32,000 nt of DNA from Aquifex aeolicus VF5. Its GTDB lineage: Bacteria; Aquificota; Aquificia; Aquificales; Aquificaceae. The stretch spans positions 1,290,001-1,322,000 of the forward strand of contig NC_000918.1 of the NCBI RefSeq assembly GCF_000008625.1, written 5' to 3'. Under the pieces are notes generated by a model that saw only the letters and a program-made list of their open reading frames with translations, ran no database searches and had not been told where the DNA came from. Within the stretch, counting starts at the first letter, position 1, and every line of letters starts with the position of its first letter. The translations under genes were made by a program, and so were the position numbers. Positions 1-8,230 of the stretch are shown here, piece by piece.

Positions 1-1560
1 AAGAGACCTAACGTACAGATAGGGGATCCGTACTTTGGGAAGAAGCTCGTGGAAGCAATAATGGAGATAGTGGAGAAGGATTTAATCGTCGGAATGCAGG
101 ATCTGGGAGCTGCAGGGCTTGCAGGCTCTGCTTCCGAAATAGCTGCAAAGTCCGAAAAGGGTGTGGAACTTTACCTAGAAAACGTCCCCTTAAGGGAAAA
201 GGATATGAACCCCTACGAGATACTCCTTTCAGAGAGTCAGGAGAGGATGCTTCTCGTTGTGGAAGAAGAAAACGTTGAAAAGGTCAAAGAGATAGCCAAT
301 AAGTGGCACCTTGAGGGTGCGGTAGTAGGAAAGATAACCGATGACGATACATTCAGGGCTTACTACAAAGGAGAACTGGTTGCAGAACTACCCGTTTCAC
401 TTATAGTAGACGAAGCTCCCGTTTACGATAGACCCTACAAAGAACCCGAATACATGAAGGAAGTGAGGAATTTCAATCAAGAGGAGCTTCCTCAAACAGA
501 TGTAAAAGAAGCCCTCAAAAAACTCCTATCTTCGCCAAACATTTCGTGCAAGGAGTGGGTTTACACTCAGTACGACTATCAAGTAGGAACGAACACCCTC
601 CTTATCCCCGGGCACGACGCAGCGGTTTTAAGACTCAAGTGGGTTCTAAGACCGGAGCTCACAACAGAAAAAGGAATAGCCATATCTTCCGAAGGAAACG
701 GCAGGATGGTTTACCTCAATCCCTACGAAGGGGGGAAGTTCGTAGTCGCGGAAGTTTGCAGAAACCTCGCGTGTGTAGGAGCAAAACCCTTAGCCATAAC
801 GGACTGTCTTAACTTCGGAAATCCAGAAAGACCGGAGATAATGTGGCAGTTCGTAAAGGCTGTAGAGGGAATGGCAGAAGCGTGTGAGGAACTCGGTATT
901 CCGGTAGTGAGCGGGAACGTATCCCTTTACAATGAAACCGTTGAGAAAAACGAAATCAGGAACGTATTTCCTACTCCCATAGTCGTAGGTGTGGGTGTCT
1001 TAGAAAAGGCGGAGAAGTATACGCCTTCAAAAGTAGAAAAGGAAAGTGAGCTGTACCTCGTTGGAAACCTTGAGGAGAACTTAAGACTTGACGGAAGTGA
1101 GTACCTCAAAGTAATCCACGGACTTATAAAGGGAGATGTGCCTCCTGTAGACCTTGAAAAGGAAAAGATACTTATAAACCTTCTCATCTCTTTTAACAAC
1201 AAGGAATTGATAACCTGTGCCCACGACGTTTCCGTAGGAGGACTGTTAATCGCACTCCTTGAAATGGTCTTTAGAACACCCTACGGTCTTGAAGTGGAAG
1301 TTTACACCGATGAAAGACCGGATGTGTTCTTCTTCTCGGAAAACCCCACAAGGGTGATTATAGGCGTGGAAAGTGATAAGGCGGAAGAGGTAAAGAACGC
1401 CGTTGAAAAGGCTGGACTTGAGTGGATGTACATAGGAAAAACGACGGAAGAGAAAAAGATAAAAGTAACCTTCAACGGAGATACTCTCTTAGAGGACGAG
1501 CTTGAGGAGTACGAAAAGTTATGGAGAACTTCCTTAGAAAAACTGCTTGGCTCTACTTAA
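1..1560 (+). CDS. purL: Phosphoribosylformylglycinamidine synthase subunit PurL (FGAM synthase II), 5' end outside the window
   Basis: Frame 1 is open from nt 1 (KRPNVQIGDPYFGKKL precedes the first Met at 49). It contains PurL-type motifs VQIGDP and GMQDLGAAGL and the second AIR-synthase-like repeat (DCLNFGNPE, SGNVSLYNE). Confidence 0.9.
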   Translation, partial: KRPNVQIGDPYFGKKLVEAIMEIVEKDLIVGMQDLGAAGLAGSASEIAAKSEKGVELYLENVPLREKDMNPYEILLSESQERMLLVVEEENVEKVKEIANKWHLEGAVVGKITDDDTFRAYYKGELVAELPVSLIVDEAPVYDRPYKEPEYMKEVRNFNQEELPQTDVKEALKKLLSSPNISCKEWVYTQYDYQVGTNTLLIPGHDAAVLRLKWVLRPELTTEKGIAISSEGNGRMVYLNPYEGGKFVVAEVCRNLACVGAKPLAITDCLNFGNPERPEIMWQFVKAVEGMAEACEELGIPVVSGNVSLYNETVEKNEIRNVFPTPIVVGVGVLEKAEKYTPSKVEKESELYLVGNLEENLRLDGSEYLKVIHGLIKGDVPPVDLEKEKILINLLISFNNKELITCAHDVSVGGLLIALLEMVFRTPYGLEVEVYTDERPDVFFFSENPTRVIIGVESDKAEEVKNAVEKAGLEWMYIGKTTEEKKIKVTFNGDTLLEDELEEYEKLWRTSLEKLLGST

Positions 1561-2024
1561 GTATAGCAGTAAGCGTCTTTTTACTCGACATAATTACCAA
1601 AAATCTAGCGGAGAAGTTATTTACAACTCACGTTGAAGTGTTTCCCTTTCTGGAGTTTTACCTGATATACAACAAAGGCGTAGCCTTCGGTCTCCTTTCC
1701 GAACTTCCTGATCCTTTGAGGCTTCCTTTGCTCTTGATAACTCCCGTTATAGCCCTGATAATTACGTTCCTTTACGCGCTATACAGCGGAGACAGGATTG
1801 TTGCAATCTCCATGGGATTAATAGGAGGAGGTGCACTCGGAAACCTCTACGACAGGTTATTTCTCGGAATGGTGAGAGACTTTATACACCTACATATAGG
1901 GGAGTATTACTGGCCAGCCTTTAACATCGCAGACGCTTCCATAAGTATAGGTATTGCTCTCTTAATACTCAAGTACTTCTTCACTAAGCCTGCCCTCAAA
2001 AACCTTGTAAACAGAACCCGTTAG
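1521..2024 (+). CDS. lspA: Lipoprotein signal peptidase (signal peptidase II)
   Basis: 167-aa polytopic protein with LspA signatures NKGVAFG, GGALGNLYDR and FNIADASISIG. The start overlaps the purL 3' end by 40 nt. Confidence 0.9.
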   Translation: MENFLRKTAWLYLSIAVSVFLLDIITKNLAEKLFTTHVEVFPFLEFYLIYNKGVAFGLLSELPDPLRLPLLLITPVIALIITFLYALYSGDRIVAISMGLIGGGALGNLYDRLFLGMVRDFIHLHIGEYYWPAFNIADASISIGIALLILKYFFTKPALKNLVNRTR

Positions 2025-2801
2025 GAAGACTTCTTTTAAATCCTCCGAAAAATCTATCGTGAGTACCTCACCGCTTCTAGTTAGAACGTTTACGGGCTTT
2101 TTCTTCACTAGACCCTTTAAGTAAGAAACAATGGCACAGGCGGTAGCTCCCGTTCCGCAGGCGAGCGTTTCACTCTCAACTCCCCTTTCATATGTTCTCA
2201 CTTTTATAGTATCCTCGCTTACCGGCTGGACGAAGTTTACGTTCGTTCCCTTCGGCTGGAATTCTTCGTGAAACCTTATAGCCCTACCGAGCTTTATCAC
2301 GTTTACCTTTTCAACATCTTCCACAGGAACTACGAAGTGCGGAACACCCGTATTTATGAAAACACCGATTACTTCCTCTCCATCCACGGTTAGTGTCTTC
2401 TCTTCGGGCTTTGAGGGAGGCGTCAACTGAACCTTTACCTTCCTTCCGTTTTCGTAAACCTCCGCCTTTATAACACCCGCAAGGGTTTCAAACCTGACCT
2501 TATTCCCTACAATTCCCCTTTCGTATGCAAACCTAACGGCACACCTCGAACCGTTCCCGCACATCTCCGCCACGGAACCGTCGGAGTTAAAAAACTCCCA
2601 CTTGAAGTCGTTTTCAGGATTGTCTGGATTTTTAATGAGTATCAACCCATCCGCACCGACTCCCGTGTGAAAGGCACACACCTTCCTAACAAAATCTTCT
2701 TTTGATACACCTCTTTCCTTTAAAAAGCTTTCGAGTTTTTCGTCCCTGTCGTCTATTACCACGAAGTCGTTTCCCGATCCCTGTAGCTTCCAGAATTCCA
2801 T
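1962..2801 (-). CDS. dapF: Diaminopimelate epimerase
   Basis: 279 aa with N-terminal GSGNDFVVID and both catalytic-Cys motifs (MCGNGSRC, LACGTGA). The 3' end overlaps the convergent lspA by 63 nt. Confidence 0.93.
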   Translation of the reverse strand: MEFWKLQGSGNDFVVIDDRDEKLESFLKERGVSKEDFVRKVCAFHTGVGADGLILIKNPDNPENDFKWEFFNSDGSVAEMCGNGSRCAVRFAYERGIVGNKVRFETLAGVIKAEVYENGRKVKVQLTPPSKPEEKTLTVDGEEVIGVFINTGVPHFVVPVEDVEKVNVIKLGRAIRFHEEFQPKGTNVNFVQPVSEDTIKVRTYERGVESETLACGTGATACAIVSYLKGLVKKKPVNVLTRSGEVLTIDFSEDLKEVFLTGSVYKVFEGRLSEEVLEY

Positions 2802-2824
2802 AAAAGATGATTATAGTAAGAAGT

Positions 2825-3205
2825 ATGGAAGAAAAAGAGATAAGCTCCATGAACGTAATACCCCTCGTTGACATAATGCTCGTACTACTCACGATAGTCC
2901 TCACCACCGCTACATTTATAGCAAAAGGTGAAATCCCCGTAGAACTCCCAGAGGCAAAGTCCGGAAAAGCGGTTCAGCCTCAAGAAAGTGTAGTGATAAC
3001 GATAACAAAGGAGGGAAAGATTTACCTCAAAAGTAGAGAAGTGTCCTACGAGGAACTGAAAGAATTCCTGAAAACCCTAAACAGACAAACACCCGTAGAG
3101 ATTAACGCGGACAAAAACGCGAAACTTGAGAACTTCGTGAAGGTGTTTGACCTGCTGAACCAGTACGGTTTTAAGAACGTAAATCTTTTGGTGAAGAAGG
3201 AATGA
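2825..3205 (+). CDS. exbD: ExbD/TolR-family biopolymer transport protein
   Basis: N-terminal NVIPLVDIMLVLLTIVL anchor typical of ExbD/TolR, followed by a periplasmic domain. The ORF is open from 2807, but that ATG is only 5 nt from the divergent dapF start. I therefore prefer the Met at 2825 (2849 is also possible). Confidence 0.72.
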   Translation: MEEKEISSMNVIPLVDIMLVLLTIVLTTATFIAKGEIPVELPEAKSGKAVQPQESVVITITKEGKIYLKSREVSYEELKEFLKTLNRQTPVEINADKNAKLENFVKVFDLLNQYGFKNVNLLVKKE

Positions 3206-3220
3206 GTTAAATTATTCTTT

Positions 3221-3427
3221 ATGGGCGAAAAGGAGTTAAAAATTCAGGGCATGACGTGCCAGCATTGTGTAAACACCGTAAAAAGAGCATTGAGTGAAGT
3301 TGAAGGAGTATCGGAGGTGGAAGTTTCCCTGGAAGAAGGGAAGGCGAAAGTAAAACTCGAAAAGGAAGTGCCCTTTGAAACCCTAAAGGAAGCTGTAGAA
3401 ACTTGGGGATACAAGGTAGTGGAATAA
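3221..3427 (+). CDS. copZ: Heavy-metal-associated (HMA) domain copper chaperone
   Basis: 68 aa with a GMTCQHC metal-binding motif near the N terminus and ferredoxin-like HMA length. Confidence 0.82.
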   Translation: MGEKELKIQGMTCQHCVNTVKRALSEVEGVSEVEVSLEEGKAKVKLEKEVPFETLKEAVETWGYKVVE

Positions 3428-3456
3428 TTGAAAATAAATTTCAATTGCAATAAATT
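3428..3456 (+). promoter_or_regulatory. Candidate sigma-70-type promoter for prfB (TTGAAA - 17 nt - TAAATT)
   Basis: TTGAAA lies at 3428-3433 and TAAATT at 3451-3456 after a 17-nt spacer. The predicted start site falls on the ATGATGATG triplet at 3461-3469. There is no Shine-Dalgarno sequence in between. Confidence 0.35.
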
Positions 3457-3460
3457 ATAA

Positions 3461-4582
3461 ATGATGATGGTAGAGTTAAAGGGTAAAGTAGAAGAACTTA
3501 GAAAACGGCTTGAAGACGTAAAGAAGATACTTTCTCCTGAGAAACTTGAGAGTGAATTAAAAGAACTCGACCAGAAGATGTCAGAACCAAACTTCTGGGA
3601 GGATCAGGAAAAGGCCAAGCAGGTAATACAGAGAAGGAAGTGGGTAGAGGAAACTCTGAATAAATTGAAAAACCTTGAAAAGAGTGTAAAGGATTTAGAG
3701 GAGCTAGTGGAGATAACTTCCGAAGAGGACACGGAAACCTGGGCGATGATGGACGAAGAAATCAAAGAAGTGGAAAGGACTCTAAGAGAACTCGAACTAA
3801 AGACTTACCTTTCCGGAGAGATGGACGCCAAGAACGCGTATCTCACCATACAGGCGGGTGCGGGAGGAACGGAAGCCTGTGACTGGGCCGATATGCTCTT
3901 CAGGATGTACAAGAGATGGGCTGAAAAGAAAGGGTACGAGGTTGAACTCATAGACATAACTCCCGACGACGTAGCCGGTATAAAGAGCGTTACAGTCCTC
4001 GTAAAAGGTCCATACGCTTACGGATACCTGAAGGGAGAGCAGGGAGTTCACAGACTCGTGAGGATTTCTCCCTTCGACGCGAACGCAAGGAGACACACCT
4101 CCTTTGCGGCAGTCTCCGTTATGCCCCAGATAGACGAGGACATAAAGATAGAAATAAAACCTGAGGACCTGAAGATAGAAACCTTCAGGGCTTCGGGAGC
4201 GGGAGGACAGTACGTAAACAAAACCGATACTGCGGTTAGGATTACACACATTCCCACAGGCATAACAGTATCCTGTCAGCAAGAAAGGTCTCAGTACCAG
4301 AACAAGAGAAAAGCACTTGAACTTCTGAAGGCTAAACTCTATCAGCTCGAGATGAAGAAACTGGAAGAAAAGAAAAAGCAGTACGAAGGCGAGAAAACGG
4401 ACATAGGCTGGGGTCACCAGATCAGATCCTACGTCTTTCACCCCTACAAACTAATAAAGGACCTCAGAACGGGTTACGAGACGGGAAACGTGGAAGCAGT
4501 AATGGACGGAGAGATAGACGAGTTCATAGAAAGTTACCTAAAGTGGAAAGCTCAAAAGGAAAAAGAATCATCCAACAACTAA
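3461..4582 (+). CDS. prfB: Peptide chain release factor 2
   Basis: 373 aa with the RF2-specific SPF tripeptide (RISPFD) and the GGQ motif ([11 protein letters not shown]). The ORF is uninterrupted, so no +1 frameshift site is present. Confidence 0.95.
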
Positions 4583-5440
4583 TACCTGCTTTCCTTCTGC
4601 ACTCTCTTCAAAACCCTCCACGTAAAGGCTGAGCAGCTTAGCCCCCTCCACCAGAGCTTGAATTAAGACGGGATCCCTCAATCTGAAAGGGGGGTCCAGC
4701 TCGTAAACAACCTTTGCATACCCCCTGTCAAGCTTAACGAAAACGGATAGAGTTCCCTTATCGTAATCAAAAACCTCCTCTCCTTCTACTTCGTTAACGG
4801 GTATAACACTTATCCTCTTTACGTTGAATTCCCTCTTTAGTCCCTCGAAGTAGTCTTTGGGCTCTTTACTTTCCCTCAAAAGCTTCAAAATCTTCCTTAA
4901 GTTTGAAAACATCCTCTTTTCTCTCTCAAAGTTTGAGAACTCTTTCAACAATTTATGGTAATTCTTCTTCAGCTTTAAGATACGTTTCCTTTCCTTCCCT
5001 ACAACCGTAGCGTACTCAAAGTTGTACGACGTAAAGAAAAGTGCCAGAAACAATATAAAGTGAGAAATCATCAAAAGGTAATGACCGGAGAAATAAAAAA
5101 AAGCAAGGCCGTAAGTTTCAAGAAGAATTATTCCCGCTAGAACAGGTTTTCTCCAAGCGTAAACGGATATTAAAACTCCTAAAGCGTAAATAGAGTAAAG
5201 AATTTTAGAGAAAAATACAAAGGCAGGAACGAGAATTATATCCAGAAAAGGAGAAATTAATTGAAGAATTCTTGGTTTTGAAAAGAAGTAAACGTAAACG
5301 TTTATCAAGAAGTAAACTGAGAGAATTCCGACCGCAATGTAATTAACGTTCTCATACGAAATAAGAAGGAGTGTGGAGAGATAGAGGACGACTAAAAGCC
5401 TTGCTACGAAGAAAACCTCCCTTTTTACTTTATCCAGCAT
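4568..5440 (-). CDS. Polytopic membrane protein with a cytoplasmic coiled coil and a small C-terminal domain (function unknown, sensor-like)
   Basis: 290 aa. It has about 5 hydrophobic segments in the first 150 aa, then a K/E/R-rich coiled coil and a roughly 90-aa globular tail. It lies 21 nt downstream of the PilM/GspL-like gene on the same strand and overlaps the convergent prfB end by 15 nt. Confidence 0.6.
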
Positions 5441-5461
5441 TAATTTAAAAATAGCACACTT

Positions 5462-6496
5462 TTACTTAAGTACTAAGGTAAACTCGTACGTACCTTTAGG
5501 AGTTTTTTTTACGCTTTCAGGTTTTAAACGCCTGACTATTTCCTCGTTCCCCTCCCCTACTAACTTTAAAACCCCGTTCGTGTACTCAATCCTGTAAACT
5601 TTTACACCTTGAGGCAGTTTCATAAAAGCTTTATTGAACTTAATTAAAACGGATTCTTTTTGTGTTTTGGTTAAACTTTTTAACTGCTCTTCCACCAACA
5701 CAGGCGGGATATCGGGAAACTTCTGGGAAAACAATTCCTTCTTTTTTTGATTTAAAGTTTTGAGTGTTTCCTTCTTTACAGGCTCCTTTAGCGTAAAGTA
5801 CGCAAAAAAGGCAAGCGTGGACACACCCAAGAACAGGGCTAAAGTCCTCTGTTCCTTCTGAGATATCTCCTCCTTTCTGAAAGAAGGACTTGAATCCTTG
5901 TACACGAACTTCAGGGAAGCCCCAAATGCTGAATTTAGTTCCGGCTCACAGTAATCGTTAAACAAAGGTTTTTCTACGAATTCTTCTATTCCCTTCAGTC
6001 TTGCTCCCCCTCCACTAAGGAGTACCTCTCCCGAAAGGTCCACACCTAACCCTTCCATTATTTCGTGAAATGCTTTTTTGACAATTTCGTTTTTTAAGCC
6101 TTTTTCTTTTTTAATCCTTTCAGCTTCTTCGTAGTTTACGTTTAAGTTCTTTACTAAGTATTCGTTTAAATAATCTCCGCCCTTTAAAACTACTCTGTAA
6201 AAATCCAGTTCTCCCTTTGAAACTTTAACGAAGGTCGTTTTTCTCCTTCCTATATCGAGTATTTTTAGTTCTTCCTTTCCGAGAACTCCGGATATTCTCG
6301 CAAGGGAGAATACCTCGCAATCCAGTGCGTAGTAATCCTTTGGAACTTCAAAGTCTTTTGCAAGAACCAAGTAGTAGTAGCCATCTTTAAGTGAAAAGTC
6401 CCACAGAACTTCACCGAATTGTGAAACTTCATACTTTAAGTATTCCTTCAATTCGGATATCTTTTTAATTTCTGTTTTTTCTTTTTTACGAGACAC
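5462..6496 (-). CDS. PilM/FtsA-like actin-fold domain + TM + periplasmic domain (GspL or PilM-PilN-fusion architecture), main reading frame
   Basis: Actin-fold motifs are present (ILDIGRRKTTFV, VLLSGGGARLKGIEEF). A single TM (LALFLGVSTLAFFAYFTL) is followed by a roughly 100-aa C-terminal domain. The listed GTG start has no RBS, and the real N terminus appears to be in another frame (next feature). Confidence 0.65.
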   Translation of the reverse strand: MSRKKEKTEIKKISELKEYLKYEVSQFGEVLWDFSLKDGYYYLVLAKDFEVPKDYYALDCEVFSLARISGVLGKEELKILDIGRRKTTFVKVSKGELDFYRVVLKGGDYLNEYLVKNLNVNYEEAERIKKEKGLKNEIVKKAFHEIMEGLGVDLSGEVLLSGGGARLKGIEEFVEKPLFNDYCEPELNSAFGASLKFVYKDSSPSFRKEEISQKEQRTLALFLGVSTLAFFAYFTLKEPVKKETLKTLNQKKKELFSQKFPDIPPVLVEEQLKSLTKTQKESVLIKFNKAFMKLPQGVKVYRIEYTNGVLKLVGEGNEEIVRRLKPESVKKTPKGTYEFTLVLK

Positions 6497-6615
6497 TTGT
6501 GAGAAGGGATTACGTATATTTTTTTCCCTTTCTTACTTGTAGGCTCCCAGGTTTTCTCCAAGAGTGAGTAAGATACGCTGAACCACTTCTCCCCGTCAAT
6601 GCCCGTAAAGATCAT
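6448..6615 (-). CDS. Probable true N-terminal segment of the PilM/GspL-like gene, in the frame +1 relative to the main ORF (a -1 shift is needed to join)
   Basis: The ATG at 6615-6613 forms an ATGA overlap with the GTPase stop and follows GGAAGG. It encodes MIFTGIDGEKWFSVSYSLLEKTWEPTSKKGKKIYVIPSHK, resembling the GIDIG phosphate-1 start of PilM/FtsA. The frame closes at 6448, and the main frame is open from 6532. Poly-A runs (A7, A6, A6 on the coding strand) lie in the overlap. Confidence 0.5.
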   Translation of the reverse strand: MIFTGIDGEKWFSVSYSLLEKTWEPTSKKGKKIYVIPSHKCLVKKKKQKLKRYPN

Positions 6616-7172
6616 CCTTCCATGTAAGATTTAATCAGTTTAAGTAAAAGCAGGAGGGTTTTCTTTACGTCTTCCTTGTTCTTCGCAGAGATTCCTATAA
6701 CGGGTATCCCTTCTTCTTCGGATATGTCTAAAGCTACGGCAACGTCTTCAGGAGGCCAGGCGTTTGGGAGATCCTGCTTGTTTGCCGCAACAACCATAGG
6801 AACCGGATACCTGCTCTGGAAGAAGTTTATTATCCTCCTCGCCTCGTGAAAGGTCTTCGGATCAGTACTGTCTACGAGTATTACTATGCCGAGGGCACCT
6901 TCTCCTAGAATTTCCCACATGAAGTTAAACCTGCTCTGTCCGGGGGTTCCGAAAAGGTAAAGCTCGTGTTCATCGTCTATCCTTATCTTTCCAAAATCCA
7001 TGGCAACTGTTGTCTGCTGTTTTACCTCTTTTTCCTTTTCGTGGGTTACTTTTTTGTCCGTAGTTACTGGTTCTATTTCGCTTATAGTCTTTATAAACTC
7101 CGTTTTTCCCGCTGCAAAAGGTCCTGCTACAACTATCTTTATTTTCTTTAAGTTATTCTTCTTTTCCGTCAT
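6612..7172 (-). CDS. Small P-loop GTPase, CvnD/MglA-related (COG2229-like)
   Basis: 186 aa with G1 GPFAAGKT, G3 LFGTPGQ and G4 ANKQD. TTVAMDFG is typical of the conservon CvnD-type family. The start forms an ATGA overlap with the upstream gene's stop. Confidence 0.85.
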   Translation of the reverse strand: MTEKKNNLKKIKIVVAGPFAAGKTEFIKTISEIEPVTTDKKVTHEKEKEVKQQTTVAMDFGKIRIDDEHELYLFGTPGQSRFNFMWEILGEGALGIVILVDSTDPKTFHEARRIINFFQSRYPVPMVVAANKQDLPNAWPPEDVAVALDISEEEGIPVIGISAKNKEDVKKTLLLLLKLIKSYMEG

Positions 7173-7861
7173 AACTTCTTGATTTTTTCAATTAATTTCG
7201 TCAAAAGATCCAAAGAAATCGTAGGCTTTCTTATCTCTTTTTTCCTCTTTCGTCTTATAGCACCTATAGCGAGGAGTCCGTAGAGTGTTCTGTACACGGT
7301 CAACTTATCAAGTCCGCTCTTTTCCAGTATATCTTTTACGGTGTTCTCTCCGTTTACCAGTTCCAGAACTTTTCTTTCTTCTTCCTTCAGGTTAGCCCTT
7401 TGCACTTTTACTTCCCAATCGGGGGCTTTTTCGAATACGAGGAGTTCATCGGATATCTTTCTCTCTGTTTCTTCAAGGGTGAGGTGGCGGGCAGCCTCCA
7501 TTATGAGTTCTTCCGCCGGAAAGGCAACCGGCACGTTCTCTGGATAATTTATAAACCCCTGTGTAAAGGAAAATATTCCGTCTTTGTTTTCCAGCCTGCT
7601 CAGGAAAAACTTCTTAATGGTTTCCGCCATAGTCCTTTCATTGAGCCTAAGCTTTTCTATCAACTTTTCAAAGTCACGATCTACGTAAACCCTGAAGACT
7701 TTATCCACCGGTCTTGCGAGTACAAGTTCTCCGTCTTTTATGTAGTAAGCAACCGTGATGTCGGGCCACTCGACTATCAGCACACCGCTCTTTTTATCGT
7801 GGTGAAGAACTTGAAGAATATCCGCAAAGGAAAAGGACTTTAAATCTCCCGTGAGAGCCAT
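7169..7861 (-). CDS. DUF4388 (PATAN-like) domain protein with a C-terminal wHTH-like segment (occupies the CvnC/DUF742 position)
   Basis: The N terminus LTGDLKSFSFADILQVLHHDKKSGVLIV...YYIKDGELVLA matches the DUF4388 signature as I recall it. The C-terminal ERKVLELVNGENTVKDILEKSGLDKLTVYRTLYGLLAIGAI looks like a winged helix. Confidence 0.7.
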   Translation of the reverse strand: MALTGDLKSFSFADILQVLHHDKKSGVLIVEWPDITVAYYIKDGELVLARPVDKVFRVYVDRDFEKLIEKLRLNERTMAETIKKFFLSRLENKDGIFSFTQGFINYPENVPVAFPAEELIMEAARHLTLEETERKISDELLVFEKAPDWEVKVQRANLKEEERKVLELVNGENTVKDILEKSGLDKLTVYRTLYGLLAIGAIRRKRKKEIRKPTISLDLLTKLIEKIKKL

Positions 7862-7864
7862 CGC

Positions 7865-8218
7865 TTAGATGAGTTCCTTTAATTTCTGCTGAGCCTTCTT
7901 GATTTCCATATAAATCAATCCAAGTTTACTGTCCTGTCCCGCTAAAGTCGTGAGAACGGCATCCTGTCCTATTTCCGTTATTACTACGTATCCTTTATCT
8001 CCCTTGATCGTTATCTGCTCCATAGTTCCCTTACCGAGTTCTTCAACGACTCTTTCACCGAGTGAGAGTATGGCGGCACTCATAGCGGCTACTTTGTCCT
8101 CTTCTGCGTTCGCGGGAAGAACTGAAGCTATGGGTAATCCGTCTAGACTCACTATAGCCGCCCCCTCAATCCCTGAAGCCTTTATCAATTCCTGTAGAAC
8201 TTCCTCGTATTTATTCAT
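7865..8218 (-). CDS. Roadblock/LC7 domain protein (MglB/CvnB-like)
   Basis: 117 aa. GIEGAAIVSLDGLPIAS...AAMSAAILSLGERV...VVITEIG is a classic Roadblock/LC7 pattern. It ends 3 nt upstream of the next gene. Confidence 0.85.
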   Translation of the reverse strand: MNKYEEVLQELIKASGIEGAAIVSLDGLPIASVLPANAEEDKVAAMSAAILSLGERVVEELGKGTMEQITIKGDKGYVVITEIGQDAVLTTLAGQDSKLGLIYMEIKKAQQKLKELI

Positions 8219-8230
8219 TCTTTCCCTCCA

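Noticed and set aside
3461-3560. Programmed +1 frameshift site in prfB (CUU UGA C type).
   Set aside because: The RF2 ORF is continuous from its start through the SPF and GGQ motifs. There is no in-frame UGA near codon 25 and no upstream short ORF, so the autoregulatory frameshift appears absent here.
3797-4441. Long antisense ORFs inside well-supported genes. Examples are the 214-aa ORF opposite prfB, the 189-aa ORF at 25780-26349 opposite asd, the 147-aa ORF at 7400-7843, the 126-aa ORF at 7950-8330, and the ORFs at 14288-14581, 16396-16635 and 28764-29027.
   Set aside because: Their translations are low-complexity, rich in S/F/L/R/P, with no recognisable motifs. They lie fully inside genes with strong family signatures. 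The GAA/AAG/GAG-rich codon usage of this genome depletes stop codons on the complementary strand, so such ORFs are expected by chance.
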